A stretch of DNA of 64,000 nt from Ophelia neglecta (Eukaryota): contig OZ260664.1 in assembly GCA_965285935.1 (NCBI GenBank), positions 65,844,001-65,908,000 of the forward strand, in the 5' to 3' direction. The position numbers and the translations under genes were made by a program. Position 1 is the first letter of the stretch. Every line of letters starts with the position of its first letter. Of this stretch, positions 36,523 through 51,000 are shown in pieces. Under the pieces are notes generated by a model. The model worked only from the letters and a program-made list of their open reading frames with translations. It ran no database searches and was not told the origin of the DNA.

Positions 36523-39058
36523 GTTCACTTAGGCCTAAAGTAAAAGTGTACATACATACACCTAACTTTCGCACGGATGGCTCATTAAGTCAATGCAAAT
36601 TCTCATGTAACAACATATTTTGAAAGTCTTCAACATTGCCTCGACTAGCCCTGATTTGGTGTAAAAAAAAGCTTGCAGATCCCTCGTAACGATGTGGTTA
36701 TTTGGTTTTAAATGTATAGGTCAGTACCTGTAAATGGTATAGACATTCCTTGTGTAAAGACCTAGAAGTAAACTCCTTAAATAAATCACTTTTGGCTATT
36801 TGTCCCTCCCTATGTATTCTCTGGACAGTGAGACCATTTAGATCTACAAAAAAGCCGTGTGCAAAACGTTTAATGTCCCTGTTCTGCCTGATTTGTTCTT
36901 CGTTGCCCAGTTGATTGTATTTAGGCCTATATATGAACAGGCCTAAGCTGAAAATAACAGTTCTTTGGCCTATACAGTCTTTAAAATGCCTTATTGGTTT
37001 ATCGGGCGCCTTCGGTATATTTATTTTGCACCTAGACCTAGACAATAACTTGTTTATTTAGACCTTGGTGAAAAAAATAATACAGGCTTACGTTATTTAA
37101 CTCGGGTTTAAACATGTTGGTTTGTTCTAAGGGATTTCTAGTTGTTATTTCAAACTTAGCTGCTAGTTGCCCTTAATTGCTCATGCATAGTTTCTTTCTA
37201 ACTCGTCTTAAGTTCACCTCTTCATAGGCATAATTCTACTGTGTTTGCCTATAGGACAATTGGTATGAATTCTATATGTCCATGCAGAAGTTTGCTTTGC
37301 AAATCAATGTTTAATTCCAATTAGACCATAAAACAAGAGAAATCTTTCTCTGGACTTCATTTGAAGCCTAAAGATAAATTGATTATTACGTCTTCCACCC
37401 ACACTCTAAGAGTTGATTCATTCTAGCAAACCATTCAAGTGTTGAAGACTATGGAATTAGCACCTGCAGTTTCATGCAAACCTTTCTAGTCCTAAATATA
37501 CATGGCACTGGTATCATTGGGTATTGCATTGCAAACATAATGCTTTATGTAACTTGCTCACTGTTGTGCAGCGTTCAGTGCGGCGTTATTGGTTATCGTG
37601 CGGCGAGAGATCACCGCCAAATAAAACAGAAGACAGCATTGGCCTTGCTCTTGCCGTACAATAACACAGAATACCACATTGTCGATCAGCTCGTTCCATG
37701 TAGCAGGGTTGTTGCGCAGTTTGCCTGCACACACGCTGAATACAGACACCTAGGCCTATTTAGGTCTCTCGAAAAATGCTGCTGAATGATCACAGTATAG
37801 TAAGCTTTTTGAACGAAGACGATTGGCTGTGTTCAATCAATGTTTACTTCATTTTTCTACCTGTACCGTCTGGGGTGGTTTAATGGAGACATTTTTCGGC
37901 ATTCAACAATAAACAAAAGACTCTTAAATACAAGAAAGCACTTTTAAAGATGTAGCGAGCTTGCTATTTTCCTTTTTTATAATAAACAACATTCCCTCAC
38001 ATCCGTCAAATAGTGTCGGAGCCATGAAGCACATCATTTCGCGCACATGCAGGTCTACCTAGTAGGCTATACCGAAATAAACCGCCTGTCTTTTTATACG
38101 CAATCAATCAAGAAATTATAAAATCGCACCCCATGTTGCTATATTCCAATTCTTAAAATATAAATGAAACCATTTTTCTTAGCCACGAAAGTAAACACAA
38201 TTTGAGTCTTAAAACCTCCCGTTCTTCGTGTAATCATCCTTTAACGTTGACTCATTGAATGTTATTGTAGTTACCGCAAGTGTGGGTTTTCCAAACTACT
38301 TTATACTTATAGTTGATTATTGTACAAAACCAAACGGTGGATTTTGAAATAGGCTTTTACCACGAATGGGTGGCGGTTAACCATGAGAAAGTTATATCAC
38401 ACGAGCCGTAGGCGAAAGTAATATAAGGTGCACGAGTTCAGCAGTGAGCGCCCGAGGCCCTAGGGATGACCAGTGTGATATTTCACAAACTATACATCAT
38501 GCATTTTTAAATAATATACTTGGATATATCAATATTAATATATAACACCTATTTTCCTACATTTATGCCAAATACAAAGATGACATATATGTTCATATGA
38601 TTATAACAAGCTAAATATAATACACAATAGATAACTAAATAAATAGATAAATAAATAAATATATATATTAGCTATTAAATATTAGATCATTTCATGATTA
38701 TGTGCATAGCCCATATATACGTCATGCAGTTATCATTGAATACTCAAAGTAGGCCTACGTGTTTTGCATTAAATCTGTGCATTTAACGTGTCTAGCAATG
38801 GTGTCAAGGAAATGTATGATTCTTGATATTAGTTATTTACATTTTAATAGTAGTTGTTTTCTTTATTTGAGTATATTTTATCTGTGTTTAAGTTGTATCG
38901 GTTTGTTGTATACTCTGTAACATTTGTACATATAGCGTGCATGTTGTACATGATGCGTCAGAGATGACCCCAATAAGAATATTATTCATTCATTTATTAA
39001 TTCTTTATAACTAACAGATCTTTTATTTCTATAGGGTGCAGCCAGCAGATTAACAAAA

Positions 39059-42000
39059 ATGACAGGACACCTAGGTGAGTATCATAATACCGATACTATT
39101 CGCGAGGGGCATATAATTGGCATGGGTTTAAACTAAGGGTATAAAACATTTTTTTGCTACTTAAATCAGCAGTTTTTTTAGTATATTATTACTTGCTGCA
39201 TATTGTGTGACTTAAAATAAGCATATTTTCAGTATTTCCAGTAGGCGTTGTGCTGCTTCTTGGCACCCTTACAATTTCGGGTAAGTCAGTCGACTTGAAG
39301 CTTCCGATTTGTCAATTTTGATGACATTCTTTTTGTTTATGGTTATTGTTTTTTTCATTGACCATGGTTGTGCCCTTTAACAGAATAACGAGCAATACCA
39401 ATCAACCCTCTTGGATTTATTTATGATTTCAGCCGCCGTGAGCTCGAAAGGTCGAACGTTTTATTTTATGTTCCTGGACATAAATACGGGTACGTCTTTG
39501 GCCACTGGCGGTCCAAGCCTGTATTTCTCATCCAGTAGCTCCTCGGATCTCCGCGCCACTGTCAGCGGACCACGGCTCTCTGCGCCCAGGTCGGTGACCA
39601 TCCCACGAAAAGGCACGGCTAGGGAGAGCTTTGACCGCTCATTGCGTGTTATTACCACTGATGTGACTAGTCAGGGTCTGGTGGCCACCCTAGACAGCTC
39701 GACAGATGCCATCGCTCTGTATGCGTCAAACACTGAGAGATTTTCGAGCGACGGTTTCTTGATTTTCGCCGAGGAAGCATTAGGAAACAATTATTACGTG
39801 ATGAGTTACCGTCCCCAGGGCGGTAGAAAGGCTCAAGTGGGTATTGTAGGAACCCAGGACGCCACCTCGGTGACTATTGAGATCCCCGTGAACGCCGCTG
39901 GAATCCAATTCACCCTGGCCGGTCTAACCTTCCAGGCCGGCTTCGTCGTACAGAGGACAATAAACCGTTTACAGACACTGCTCATCCAAAGCTTTCAAGA
40001 CCTGAGCGGCGTGCGTATCACAACTAGCAGACCGGTGGCGGTCTTTAGTGGCACTAACCATGAGGAGGTCCTTTCCGTCACGGGGTTCCCGGACCACCTG
40101 GTGGCACAGCTGCCCCCCGTGAAGTTTTACGGGACTCGGTACAATCTAGTTCCCCTGCCTGGGCGCACGGAAGGCGACACGGTCAAGGTCGTAGCCAGTC
40201 AGGACGCTACGGCAGTGGTCTTTTCTAGCACCGGATCGACCATCAACCTGAACGCCGGTGGAGTCGGCGAAGTGGAGCTTCGAGCCGATCAAACCCAGTG
40301 TGTCACCGCTAATAAGCCCATACTACTCGTCCAATATTGCCGTACCCCAAGCAGCGATGTTATTGTGGGAGATGCTGTTATGGTTCTGGTACCAGCAGTT
40401 TCGCAATACGGTCAAGATTACACCTTCCAGCCGCCAATCAGCAGCGGAGGAACATTTCCGTGAGTAATATAATAGTTTGGGGCGTGTCAATCCTTGCATG
40501 TGGATCATTTGCAGCTTTGTTTTAATTTAAGTAAACAGTAACTGCCATGTCGTTGATTCTTTTGCAGATTTAATTTCGTTATCCTTGTAGTAGAAGCGTC
40601 GGCAAGGAACTCAATCCGACTAAACAGTCGTTTTGTGTCCGAGTATGGAGTCACGTGGACGGACATCACAGGTTAGTCACGTGGCTTCCAAAATTAATAT
40701 CCCCACACTGACATACATGCCAATATTTAATTTGTTAACATAAATTTCTTCAACAGATTATTCAACATTAAATGTCAGTAATATATATTACGGTCGCTAG
40801 GAGTAAATTTCTGATTCTTCCCTTTGCTCTGAACTCGGGCATAGGGCCAACTCAGCCCATAGGGTACAGTCAAACCATGCCGTTCTTTTTTATCTATAGG
40901 CTGCACGCCGACTTACACAAGCACGCTGCTGTCAATAGGCGGTGAGGACACTTCTGTGGTAGACAGTACAGACCCCGCTATTAGCTTTGAGGTTATCATG
41001 TACGGATACACCAGTGGCGAGTCCTATGGTCTACCAGCCGGTTTGCACTTCAGAGATGCCACAACAGGTAGGGTTCCGCAAACTGTCCAGGTTTTTTTTT
41101 CGTATTTTAAACTAGTCTAAGAGAAATTTAAATTAGTTTGTTTATCATAGTTTGTTTCTTTATGATGCCGCTTAGTTTGTACACTCGTGTATTTGTTAAA
41201 TCTTTACGATAAAGCCTTTCTAATCTAGGCTTGAAAAGAAGTAAGAATAGGCCTAATTTAATAGCAATCAAAATTGATGAATTATATAAGCGTTGCATGT
41301 GCATGATTTTCTTAATGACATCATTGCAGTACCGCCACCATTATCAAGTACACCCAGTATCGCCCCGAGCGTTCCAGGCACCATCAACACTTCCGGAACC
41401 ATCGCTTCCAGTGTAGGGCCAAGTACTGTTCCAAGTGTGGCTCCGAGTGTGGCACCAAGTGCGCTTCCAAGTGTGGCTCCAAGTGTAGCACCAAGTGCGC
41501 TTCCAAGTGTGGCTCCAAGTGTAGCTCCAAGTGTTCTTCCAAGTGTGGCTCCAAGCGTAGCTCCAAGTGTGCTTCCAAGTGTGGCTCCAAGTATCGCTCC
41601 TACTGTTGCAAGCAGTGCTGCACCTAGTGCAGTTCCCAGTAGTGCACCTAGCGTTGCGCCCAGTCAATTGCCGAGTGTAACCCCGAGGGATCCATCGACA
41701 GAAGGTAGGACATTTCTCTAGTGTATTATATAATAATTCTGCCCATATTGCACGACGAACCTTATATTTTCTTTTTGTTGTCATATAAGGCCCAAAAGTG
41801 GAGTCAGTGCCCTGACACCTGTAATTGTGACCTGGTCACATGGTCACAACGGTCTCAGGCCATATATCAACTTTTGAGCCATATCTACTTATAAGGGACC
41901 CAGACATCTACTACCATTTCCATTTATTCGAGTCAAGTCATATCGAATTCTTTTTGTCCCCCCGAGGACAATTTTTTGCAAAGTCCGTTAAAGATACTTG

Positions 42001-45000
42001 TCCAATTTTTATTGCAGGCTGTATGATTGGCACCGCCGGCCGTCAGTTCGCGATGATGTTTTTGCAGAGCACTTCATCTCAAGACCCGATAGATGTATAC
42101 TTGAGTAACACGGCTACCGGCGGCCAGACGGCCATGGTGACTTTGGAATACTCCGGACCCTCTGGAGACCGTCTCTCCCTTGTGGGCACTGTATCTTCCC
42201 AGCAGACGACCGTCGTCAGCCTCCCCGGCTACACCCAGGCTTCCGGCACTGCTATAGAAGACAAGGGGGTTATGGTCAATTCTACCGAGGACATAAGCGT
42301 CTTCGTTCTTAACAAGCAGACGGGGAGCTGTGGGGGATTTACCGCCCTACCCATAGACGCCCTTGGTCAGGATTATATGGCTATCTCCGCCTGGCCTATG
42401 AACATCGGCGTTGACCGCTTTACTGAGATTGGCGTGGTTGCCCTCGAGGATAACACCCAGGTCAACATCCAATTCATAGCTGGGAAGGGGGTGACAATAG
42501 ATTACCAGGGACAAACGTATGGCAGTAATGACCCGGACAAATTACTAAAAGTGATTCTCAGTAGAAACCAGACAATGCAGCTGGTGGCCGAACAGTTTGC
42601 GGCAGACGTCACTGGGACCCACATAAGATCTTCGGCACCCGTCGCTGTCTTCAGTGGTGCTCGCACTGTCGTCATTGGAGGCGGTAATTCTGATCACATT
42701 GTAGAACAGATGAGACCCATATCCTCATACGGTAGGTCATTTCTTTACTAATAATCTTAAATATAATAACATATATAATGTCCAGTTAGCGATGTTCGCA
42801 AAGTTGAAAAATAAATTACCCAATAATTAAATGCATTTCTCTTTAAACGTCATGCAGGCACCCAATTTGCGATGGCTCCCTTTCCTGATCAGGGCCGATA
42901 CGGATTCGTGTTGGTAGCGGCTTTGAACGGAACGACCACCAGTGCCAGTGGCAATATGAAGCTCGACGCCAGTTGGAGCTACCCGACAGACCTGCCTGAG
43001 CAAGTCGCCGGTCCCCTCTTCATTACGTCATCACATCCCATTGTACTCGCACAATATGTCTTAAGTCAGAGCGCGAGTAACCGAGGAGGGCCCAGTATGC
43101 TGGTGGTGCCGAGCGTCAACCAATATCAGAATACCTACTCCGTCAGCATTCCCCGAGGAAGTTACCAGTCCTATCTGATGTTTATCATCCCAAGAAACGA
43201 AGACTCTGGGCTGCTAGTCAACGATGTGCAGGTATAAATGTATTTCATTTCATTTAGTTCTATAACCACTAATTCTACTATTTCAGTTTTTATTTCGTGT
43301 ATAATCGGATACTTGTCACTAACTATGGTTATATAGCGCATGTACATCCCCGCCGACTGATAATGAAGTGGCAGGGTATGATGTTCATCGAAACTGTTGA
43401 GTCGGTTGATTTAAACAAACTTAGTGTGTGAACCTTTACCTAGATTGGACCATATTTCGCATACTCCGCTAACTAAAGGTGATAAGCAATAATTAAGAAA
43501 TAAATTAGGGCCTAACTATATGCTTCCCGTTTGTTTAAATGGCAAAATATGTGCACTATTTCTAGATTACTGGCGTTATATGGGAAGAGGTCCCAAACTC
43601 CTCGCCCCCTATGTGGGCTGGCCACTCCGAGCTTTCCGGGTCGGATTTCGTGGTCGTGAGGCACAAAGACTCCTCGGTCAAGTTTGGAGCTTATATTTTC
43701 TCCAGGGAAGTAAGATCGGAAGGGACAGACACGACCTGCGCAGTAGTCTATCAAGCTGGACCTTGCTTTGAATTCGGCGTCGTAAGTATATAGTCATATT
43801 GATGGATCACTGCAATTATCATATGTCAAATAGAAACCGATAGAATTGTTTAAGATGCTCGTTGTGATTTAGTTTGAAATAACTTCGTACGTGTACTTAG
43901 AAATGACGAAGAAATTATATTTTTGTTAGATATGTTTATTTATATATGACATTTTATGGTAGCCTATTTCTTTCCAGGAAACACCAACATCCCCGAATGC
44001 AGCTTCAACTAGAGCTCCTAGCTTGGCTTCTAGCGTAGTGCCTAGCGTATTTTCAAGTGCATTGTCAAGTGCTATTCCCAACTTATCACCCAGTGCCTCT
44101 CCTAGTATAGGTGCCAGTGTTGTCCCGAGTGTACTTCCAAGTGTAGCCCCGAGTGTGGCACCGAGTGCCGCACCGAGTGTAGTTCCCTCCTCGGCCCGGC
44201 CTCCTAGCGCCAGTCTACCTACATCAGCCCCAGGTCGAGCGGACGACATGGGCACAGGGTTCAGCCTTGTCTTCCCTGGGCTGTCCACTACTGTCGAACC
44301 GGTTAGACTACACATCGGAACGTTAGAGACGGACACTGTAACTGTTACAATCACGTACCAATTAACAGGCGCCACATCGGTTGTATTGACAGAGAGAGAA
44401 GTCCGCAGAAGTTTGGGTGTAATTGTAGAATTGCCGGATGCAGCTAGAAACTTACCAATAAGTGTAAGCTCCAGCGCACCTGTCAGTATCTCAGGGATCA
44501 ACACTGGTTCCTGTAGCGGCTACAAGGCTATACCAGACACCCGCCTCAACAACGAGTACCGCATCACTACCTGGTCCACTATCTCCGGTGGACAGGCAAT
44601 GGTCGGTCTGCTTTCCACCAGGGACACTAATCTTGTAACCGTCAATATCATTGGCTCCGCTGATGACATCATAACTATCAGTGACACCAGCTTCAAGCTT
44701 GGCACCGCCAGCAGGAAGTTTGTATTTGAGATGAGCTCCAACGATTTCATGCCTATCTTCTCCGACGGGGATCTGACTGGTACCTCCGTTCAGACAGAGC
44801 AGGAGGTTGCTGTATTTGGAGGCAACACGGATGCTGTGGTCGGGGAAGACACTTCGCAGACTGGCCAGATGCTTTCCCAGTTTGCTCCGATTACTAGCTG
44901 GGGTACAACATTCATTGTACACAGTGTGCCGGGCAGTCCAAATGTCGGTTACTTTGTCAAGTTCCTGACACTGGAGGCTGACACGGTACTGATTATTCGT

Positions 45001-48000
45001 GAAGGCTTTTCCACTGAGGTTGTCACTATTCAAGGAGCAGACCAGTACGTCCAATATGAAGGCACTGGCGTGATGTCAATCATCGCCACCAGACCCATCC
45101 AGGTCGTCCAATACATTAAGAGTGCAAGAACAGGTTCCTCAGATGACAGCTTCCCAACTGCCGTGCTGATACCCTCCTCCCAGCAGTTCAAAAACTCCTA
45201 TTTATTTAACATTGAGGAGACCGATTCTTTCTCCAGCTACTTGACCCTAGTTGTACCTGACACAGAGAAAAACTCACTCACTTTGAATGGCGCGTTTCTT
45301 CCGGAAGGAATCATCTGGACCAGCGTTCCCGCCCTGAATCCTGCCATGGTAACTTCTGTGATAGCAGCTCCGCCAGGCGATCATGTACTTAGTCACCCTT
45401 CTCAATTTTTCGGAGTGTATGTTTTTGCCGTGTCAGACAGCTGTGCTTATGGTTTCCCGGCAGGCATGTACTTGGATGATTTATCGGTAAGTTTTTATCT
45501 ATATACATTTTATCCTTTCATAACAGTAATGCAGGATAACAGTACTTATGAACGCATAAAGTCATATTTCTCTATTCATATATCCCGCCTGTTATTTCAG
45601 CCAACATCACCTTCCTCGACTACTAGCCCCTCGCCTGCATCATTTCAGCCGACAGTCCAGCCAAGTGCAGTCCCTAGCATTGTGTCAAGCGCAAGTACTT
45701 CAGCCGTCCCGAGTGTTCCATCCTCAAGTGTCCCTAGTTCACCACCTAGTGCAGCCCCTACTGTACCTCCCAGTGCAGTTCCAAGCGTGGTACCAAGTGT
45801 CGTACCAAGTGTCGTACCAAGTGTCGTACCAAGTGACGTGCCGTCATCAGCTGTCTCTACCAGTGTGACGCCTAGTGTATCACCTAGTGCAGCTCCCACT
45901 GCACCTCCAAGCGCTGTACCAAGCGTGGTACCCAGTGTGGTACCAAGTATGGTACCAAGTATGGTACCAAGTGTGGTACCGGCATCAGCCGTCCCTACCA
46001 GTGTGACGCCTAGTGTATCACCCAGTGCAGCTCCCACTGCACCTCCAAGCGCTGTACCAAGCGTGGTGCCCAGTGTGGTACCAAGTGTGGTGTCAAGTAT
46101 GGTACCAAGTGTGGTACCGGCATCAGCCGTCCCTACCAGTGTGACGCCTAGTGTATCACCCAGTGCAGCTCCCACTGCACCTCCAAGCGCTGTACCAAGC
46201 GTGGTACCCAGTGTGGTACCAAGTATGGTACCAAGTATGGTACCAAGTGTGGTACCGGCATCAGCCGTCCCTGTCAGTGTGACGCCTAGTGTATCACCCA
46301 GTGCAGCTCCCACTGCACCTCCAAGCGCTGTACCAAGCGTGGTACCCAGTGTGGTACCAAGTATGGTACCAAGTATGGTACCAAGTGTGGTACCGGCATC
46401 AGCCGTCCCTACCAGTGTGACGCCTAGTGTATCACCCAGTGCAGCTCCCACTGCACCTCCAAGCGCTGTACCAAGCGTGGTGCCCAGTGTGGTACCAAGT
46501 GTGGTGTCAAGTATGGTACCAAGTGTGGTACCGGCATCAGCCGTCCCTACCAGTGTGACGCCTAGTGTATCACCCAGTGCAGCCCCCATTGCACCTCCAA
46601 GCGCTGTACCAAGCGTGGTGCCCAGTGTGGTACCAAGTGCGTTGCCGTCATCAGCTGCCCCTGCCAGTTTAACTCCTATCGTTACGCCAAGTGCAGCCCC
46701 GACCATTCCCGTGACTGTTGTGCCAAGTGTGATGCCTAGTGTGGTCCCCAGTTCCTTAGCCCCTATCACCCCCAGCGCTCCTCCTTTAACAACCGTTGCG
46801 ACAAGCGCGTTACCCAGTGTAGTGCCGAGTGTAGTTCCCAGCGTCGTACCAAGTGTCGTGCCAAGTTTATTGCCCAGTGAAGTCCCTACATCCACACCGC
46901 TCTCCCCTACACTGCCTACTGGACCGATGGCCGACGACTTGGGAGAGGTGTTCTCAGTGGTGTTTCCCGGCGATTCGACTAGTGCCCGTCCAGTGTATGT
47001 TCTTGTGTCCACTCTCCAGATAGGACTAGTTACAGTGACTATTGAAACAGACCCAAGGTCGAGCATAACTGTGTCTGTGACCGCTTTTGTCACTCGTGGC
47101 AGTTCAGCAGTCATAGAACTGGCAGGAAATACCAGGAACCAGCACTTGGTTGTGCGGTCCGATGCCCCAGTCGCTCTGAACACTATCAACCAAGGCTCAT
47201 GTAGTAGTTACAAGTCTCTACCAGTCACAAATCTTGGCAACGAGTATTACATAACCACGTTCCAGCCGTCTAATGGAGGACAGGCTGTTCTAGGTGTCCT
47301 TTCCCTGGAAGAGAACAACATCGTGACAATAGACTTGAAGGGAAACCCGGCAGACCAAGTTACCATTGGACCAACCACATTTACTCTGGGGGACACGTCA
47401 GATAGATATGTTTTTGAGTTAGACGCTAATTCCTATCTAGAGATCCATTCGAACGGGGACCTCAGCGGCTCTTACGTAACATCGGAGGATAGTGTCTCGG
47501 TATTTGGAGGCAATTTGGACACCACTGTAGAAACGGTCACACTAGCGGATCAGATGATCTCTCAGTTTCCACCAATTGACTCCTGGGGTAAACAGTTTGT
47601 TATCGCCGACATACCAGGCACGACAGTTGGCTACTATGTCAAGGTCATTGCCAAGGGACCAAACACACAGATTTTAGTCAGCGATGCCATAAGTATCACT
47701 CCGTTCACGTTAACCAATGCTGGTGTATTTGCCTCATTTAACCTTCGGAGTACTGTGCATATTTCAGCCACCGAACCCATTCAGGTAATACGCTACTCAA
47801 AGAGCCCAAGACAAAACTCCGATGACGTGACCTCGCCAGCAGCCCTGTTAATCCCTCCCGTAGAGCAGTACAAGTCAGACTTCCTGTTTGCTCTACGGGA
47901 TGACAGTAACTACGAGTATTATCTAACAATAATAGTGGACGATGGCGACAAGGCAAATCTCAGATTGAACGATGCTGTTTTGTTGGGACTGAACTGGTCA

Positions 48001-51000
48001 CCCGTTCCCCGGACCACTATGGTGACTGCCACTCTGAGCGCACCGAGTGGCGGCCATGTTCTTAACCTTCCTGGACGACCCTTTATGGCATTCCTCTATG
48101 GCATTAATAGTGGAGACTGCGCTTTTGCTTTCCCCGCAGGAATAGGGCTTCAACAACTATATCAGGTTTGTTACAGGATGTATTAATGTTAATATCAATA
48201 TTAAAATTAATATCAATATTGATATTAATATATATATAATTATTTCTTTTACTTCGGAACACTGATTTTACTAATATGTTGCAACGAGTAATCATCCAAA
48301 CATACCATGATCTCAACGTAATTGTTGTTGTTGATTAATGCAGTATTGGGTGTACATTACATACTTCAGCCTGATACCACTACTTCTACAACGAGAAGTA
48401 CTGCCTCAACCCCTGTGGCCAGCGTGGTGCCATCCGTTGTTCCTAGTGCAGTTCCGTCCGTGGTTCCAAGTCTCATTCCATCCGTGGTTCCAAGCGATGT
48501 CCCAACTGGAACGACTGTACTAAGTGCTGTGCCTTCTCTAGTACCATCAGTGGTACCAAGTGTGTATCCATCAGTTTTACCTTCTGTGGTTCCAAGTGCT
48601 GTACCGTCAGTGAGTCCTAGTGTAGTGCCCTCCGATGTCCCAAGCATTGTGCCATCAGCAGTGCCCAGTGTTAGTCCATCACTGCCACCTTCAACCGTAA
48701 GTGTAATGGAATGTTTAGTTACCTGGGTCGATAATACACGTACAATGTGTGTACAGGGGAGTATTTACCAAGAACGCATGCGCCGTATCAATATTTTAGC
48801 AGATTTATAACCTTTACCGAATGTTAACAATAAGAAGAACATATTTAAATTTCAGTCGACATCAAGTACAAGTACTTCCACCAGGATGACAACTACTGTG
48901 GCTACTCCTTTACCATCGACGGTTTCACCTACTCCTTCTACAAGTCCTAACACGATAACAACAATTTTGCCCATTACAAGCCCATCTATTGGCATCACAT
49001 CAACCCCGACTCCGTCTACTACGACCTCCAGTCCCGCCACCACCACCCTCGCCACCCCAGGTAAATAGTTTCACCATAAATGATTACAAGTATTTGCATG
49101 AACTGAATTAAAAGGGAATCTTAAAATATGTGAAAATAAATTACATTTAAAAAGCTGAACAATGAACATTACATTGTGTACGGGAATTGATAATATTATA
49201 AGATAAAGACATACGATGCCTATGACCATGAATTTAACACTGAAACACTCACATGTGATTTTGGGTCCACCTATCTTTATTTTTGTGCCGTTCTTGTTCA
49301 GTTGGTCCTCACAACAGTGACTTTGGCAGGGAGTTCATTCTGGCTTATCCTGGAGACCCTACCGACTCCAATACTGTCTTTGCATACGTTGCTACCCTGG
49401 AAACGAGTCCAGTAGCTGTCAAGTTTATGGGCACTGCTCCAGACAGCAATCTTGATATAAATATACAGGTAAGTCGTTTAACATTTAATACACAACATAA
49501 AATGTTGCATGTCCGAAGGAAATTTATTCTGAAAAAGGCGAGGCCGCATTTCCAAAAGATTATCATGCGTTTTTGTTTTTATAGGTAACTACCAGTTTTG
49601 GACGGGAGGTATCGTTACCTGGTGATATACGCGGCCAGGTAGTGAAGGTGACCGCCTCTGCTCCAGTCAGTATCAATGCCATCAACAGAGGTTCTTGCAG
49701 TGCTTACAAGTCACTGCCGACAGCCCATGCTGATACCGAGTATCGAGTGATTACTTGGTCCCCCAGTGCCGGAGGTCGCTCCACCCTTGTTGTCGCCTCA
49801 GTCACGGACGGTAACTTAGTGGAGCTGCAGCTCCGAGGTACTACCACGGACATGGTACAAATCGGTAATGCTAGTCCAATCGAGATGGGAACGGGTGTGT
49901 TCCTACTGCCCGCCAATACAGGGGACTTCGTTACCATCTACTCAACGGGTGACATGACGGGCTCCAGTATCACCAGCTCCTCCCCCATAGTAGTGTTTGC
50001 CGGCAATCTGGAAACCTCCATCGGATCAGGCTTACTTACTGATCAGGTTCTCTCACAGTTCCCGCCTGTCAACACCTGGGGCAAAAGTTTTCTAGTTGGC
50101 CCTATTCCTGAATCCTTAACCAATGGCTACATTCTCAAGATCATTGCTCAGGTTGCCAGCACCAGAGTGTCTCTTGTGGAGGGATCAAAGTTAACCGAGG
50201 TCACCATTAGTTCCCCAGCTAGATACGTGTTGTTCGAGGCCAGTGCTGCGTGCTTTATCACAACCAGCAACCCTGTGCAGATAGTACAGTTTGTCAAGAG
50301 TCCCAATGTTGACTCCATTGCCGTTGCAGCTCCGTCTTCCTTGTTTATTCCGCCCATTGAACAGTTGAAGTCAAAATACCTCTTCACGGTCACCTCTGAC
50401 GGCATATACAGAAGGTGTGTGAATGTGATTGTATTTATCTAAGTGAATCTCAACACCATCGACGCTGGTTTATCTGGATCTCCTTCTGGTGTTATTGCCG
50501 AGTTAGAAACATTGGATAAACGATGAAGAGTTCTATATTCATACATACTTATTTAAAATTTTATTTCTAGTTATACTACACTTTTTATGGAGGATGAGGA
50601 CATCCCCGGGTTTCGAATGAACGGAGGACCCATCAAAGGCCCTCTCTGGACGAAGGTTATTGGGAGCAGTCCTCCCATGTCTACCACATCTTTCCCCGCT
50701 CCCGCTGGATCCTGGGTGTTCTCGCACATCGCCGAAAGGCAGTTCGGTGTGTACGTCTACTCCGTCTCTCCCAATGACTGTTCCTTTGCTTTCCCTGGCG
50801 GCATGCACCTCGACCTTATCAACCAGGTAAGCAGAGTAACAGATATTTTAAAGAATTGTACACAATCACAGACCGCATAAATCAGCTTATTTGGATTCTA
50901 GGTCTACGGTTCTTATGGCGGAAGACTACAGATTCCACAAGCAAGCCTTTTTTGCTAGACTTGGCCATGAATGATATATACAGTAGATTTACTAGTCCCA

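Noticed and set aside
45645-47189. 514-aa antisense ORF (GTTL repeats), and similar ones at 41344-41784, 43926-44504 and 48366-48647
   Set aside because: Shadow frames of the plus-strand PSVV coding repeats; the splice structure and domain homology are on the plus strand.
44023-48186. 1387-aa ORF as a stand-alone gene
   Set aside because: It is two internal exons plus an in-frame intron of the larger gene; it has no ATG start or signal peptide and is flanked by splice sites.
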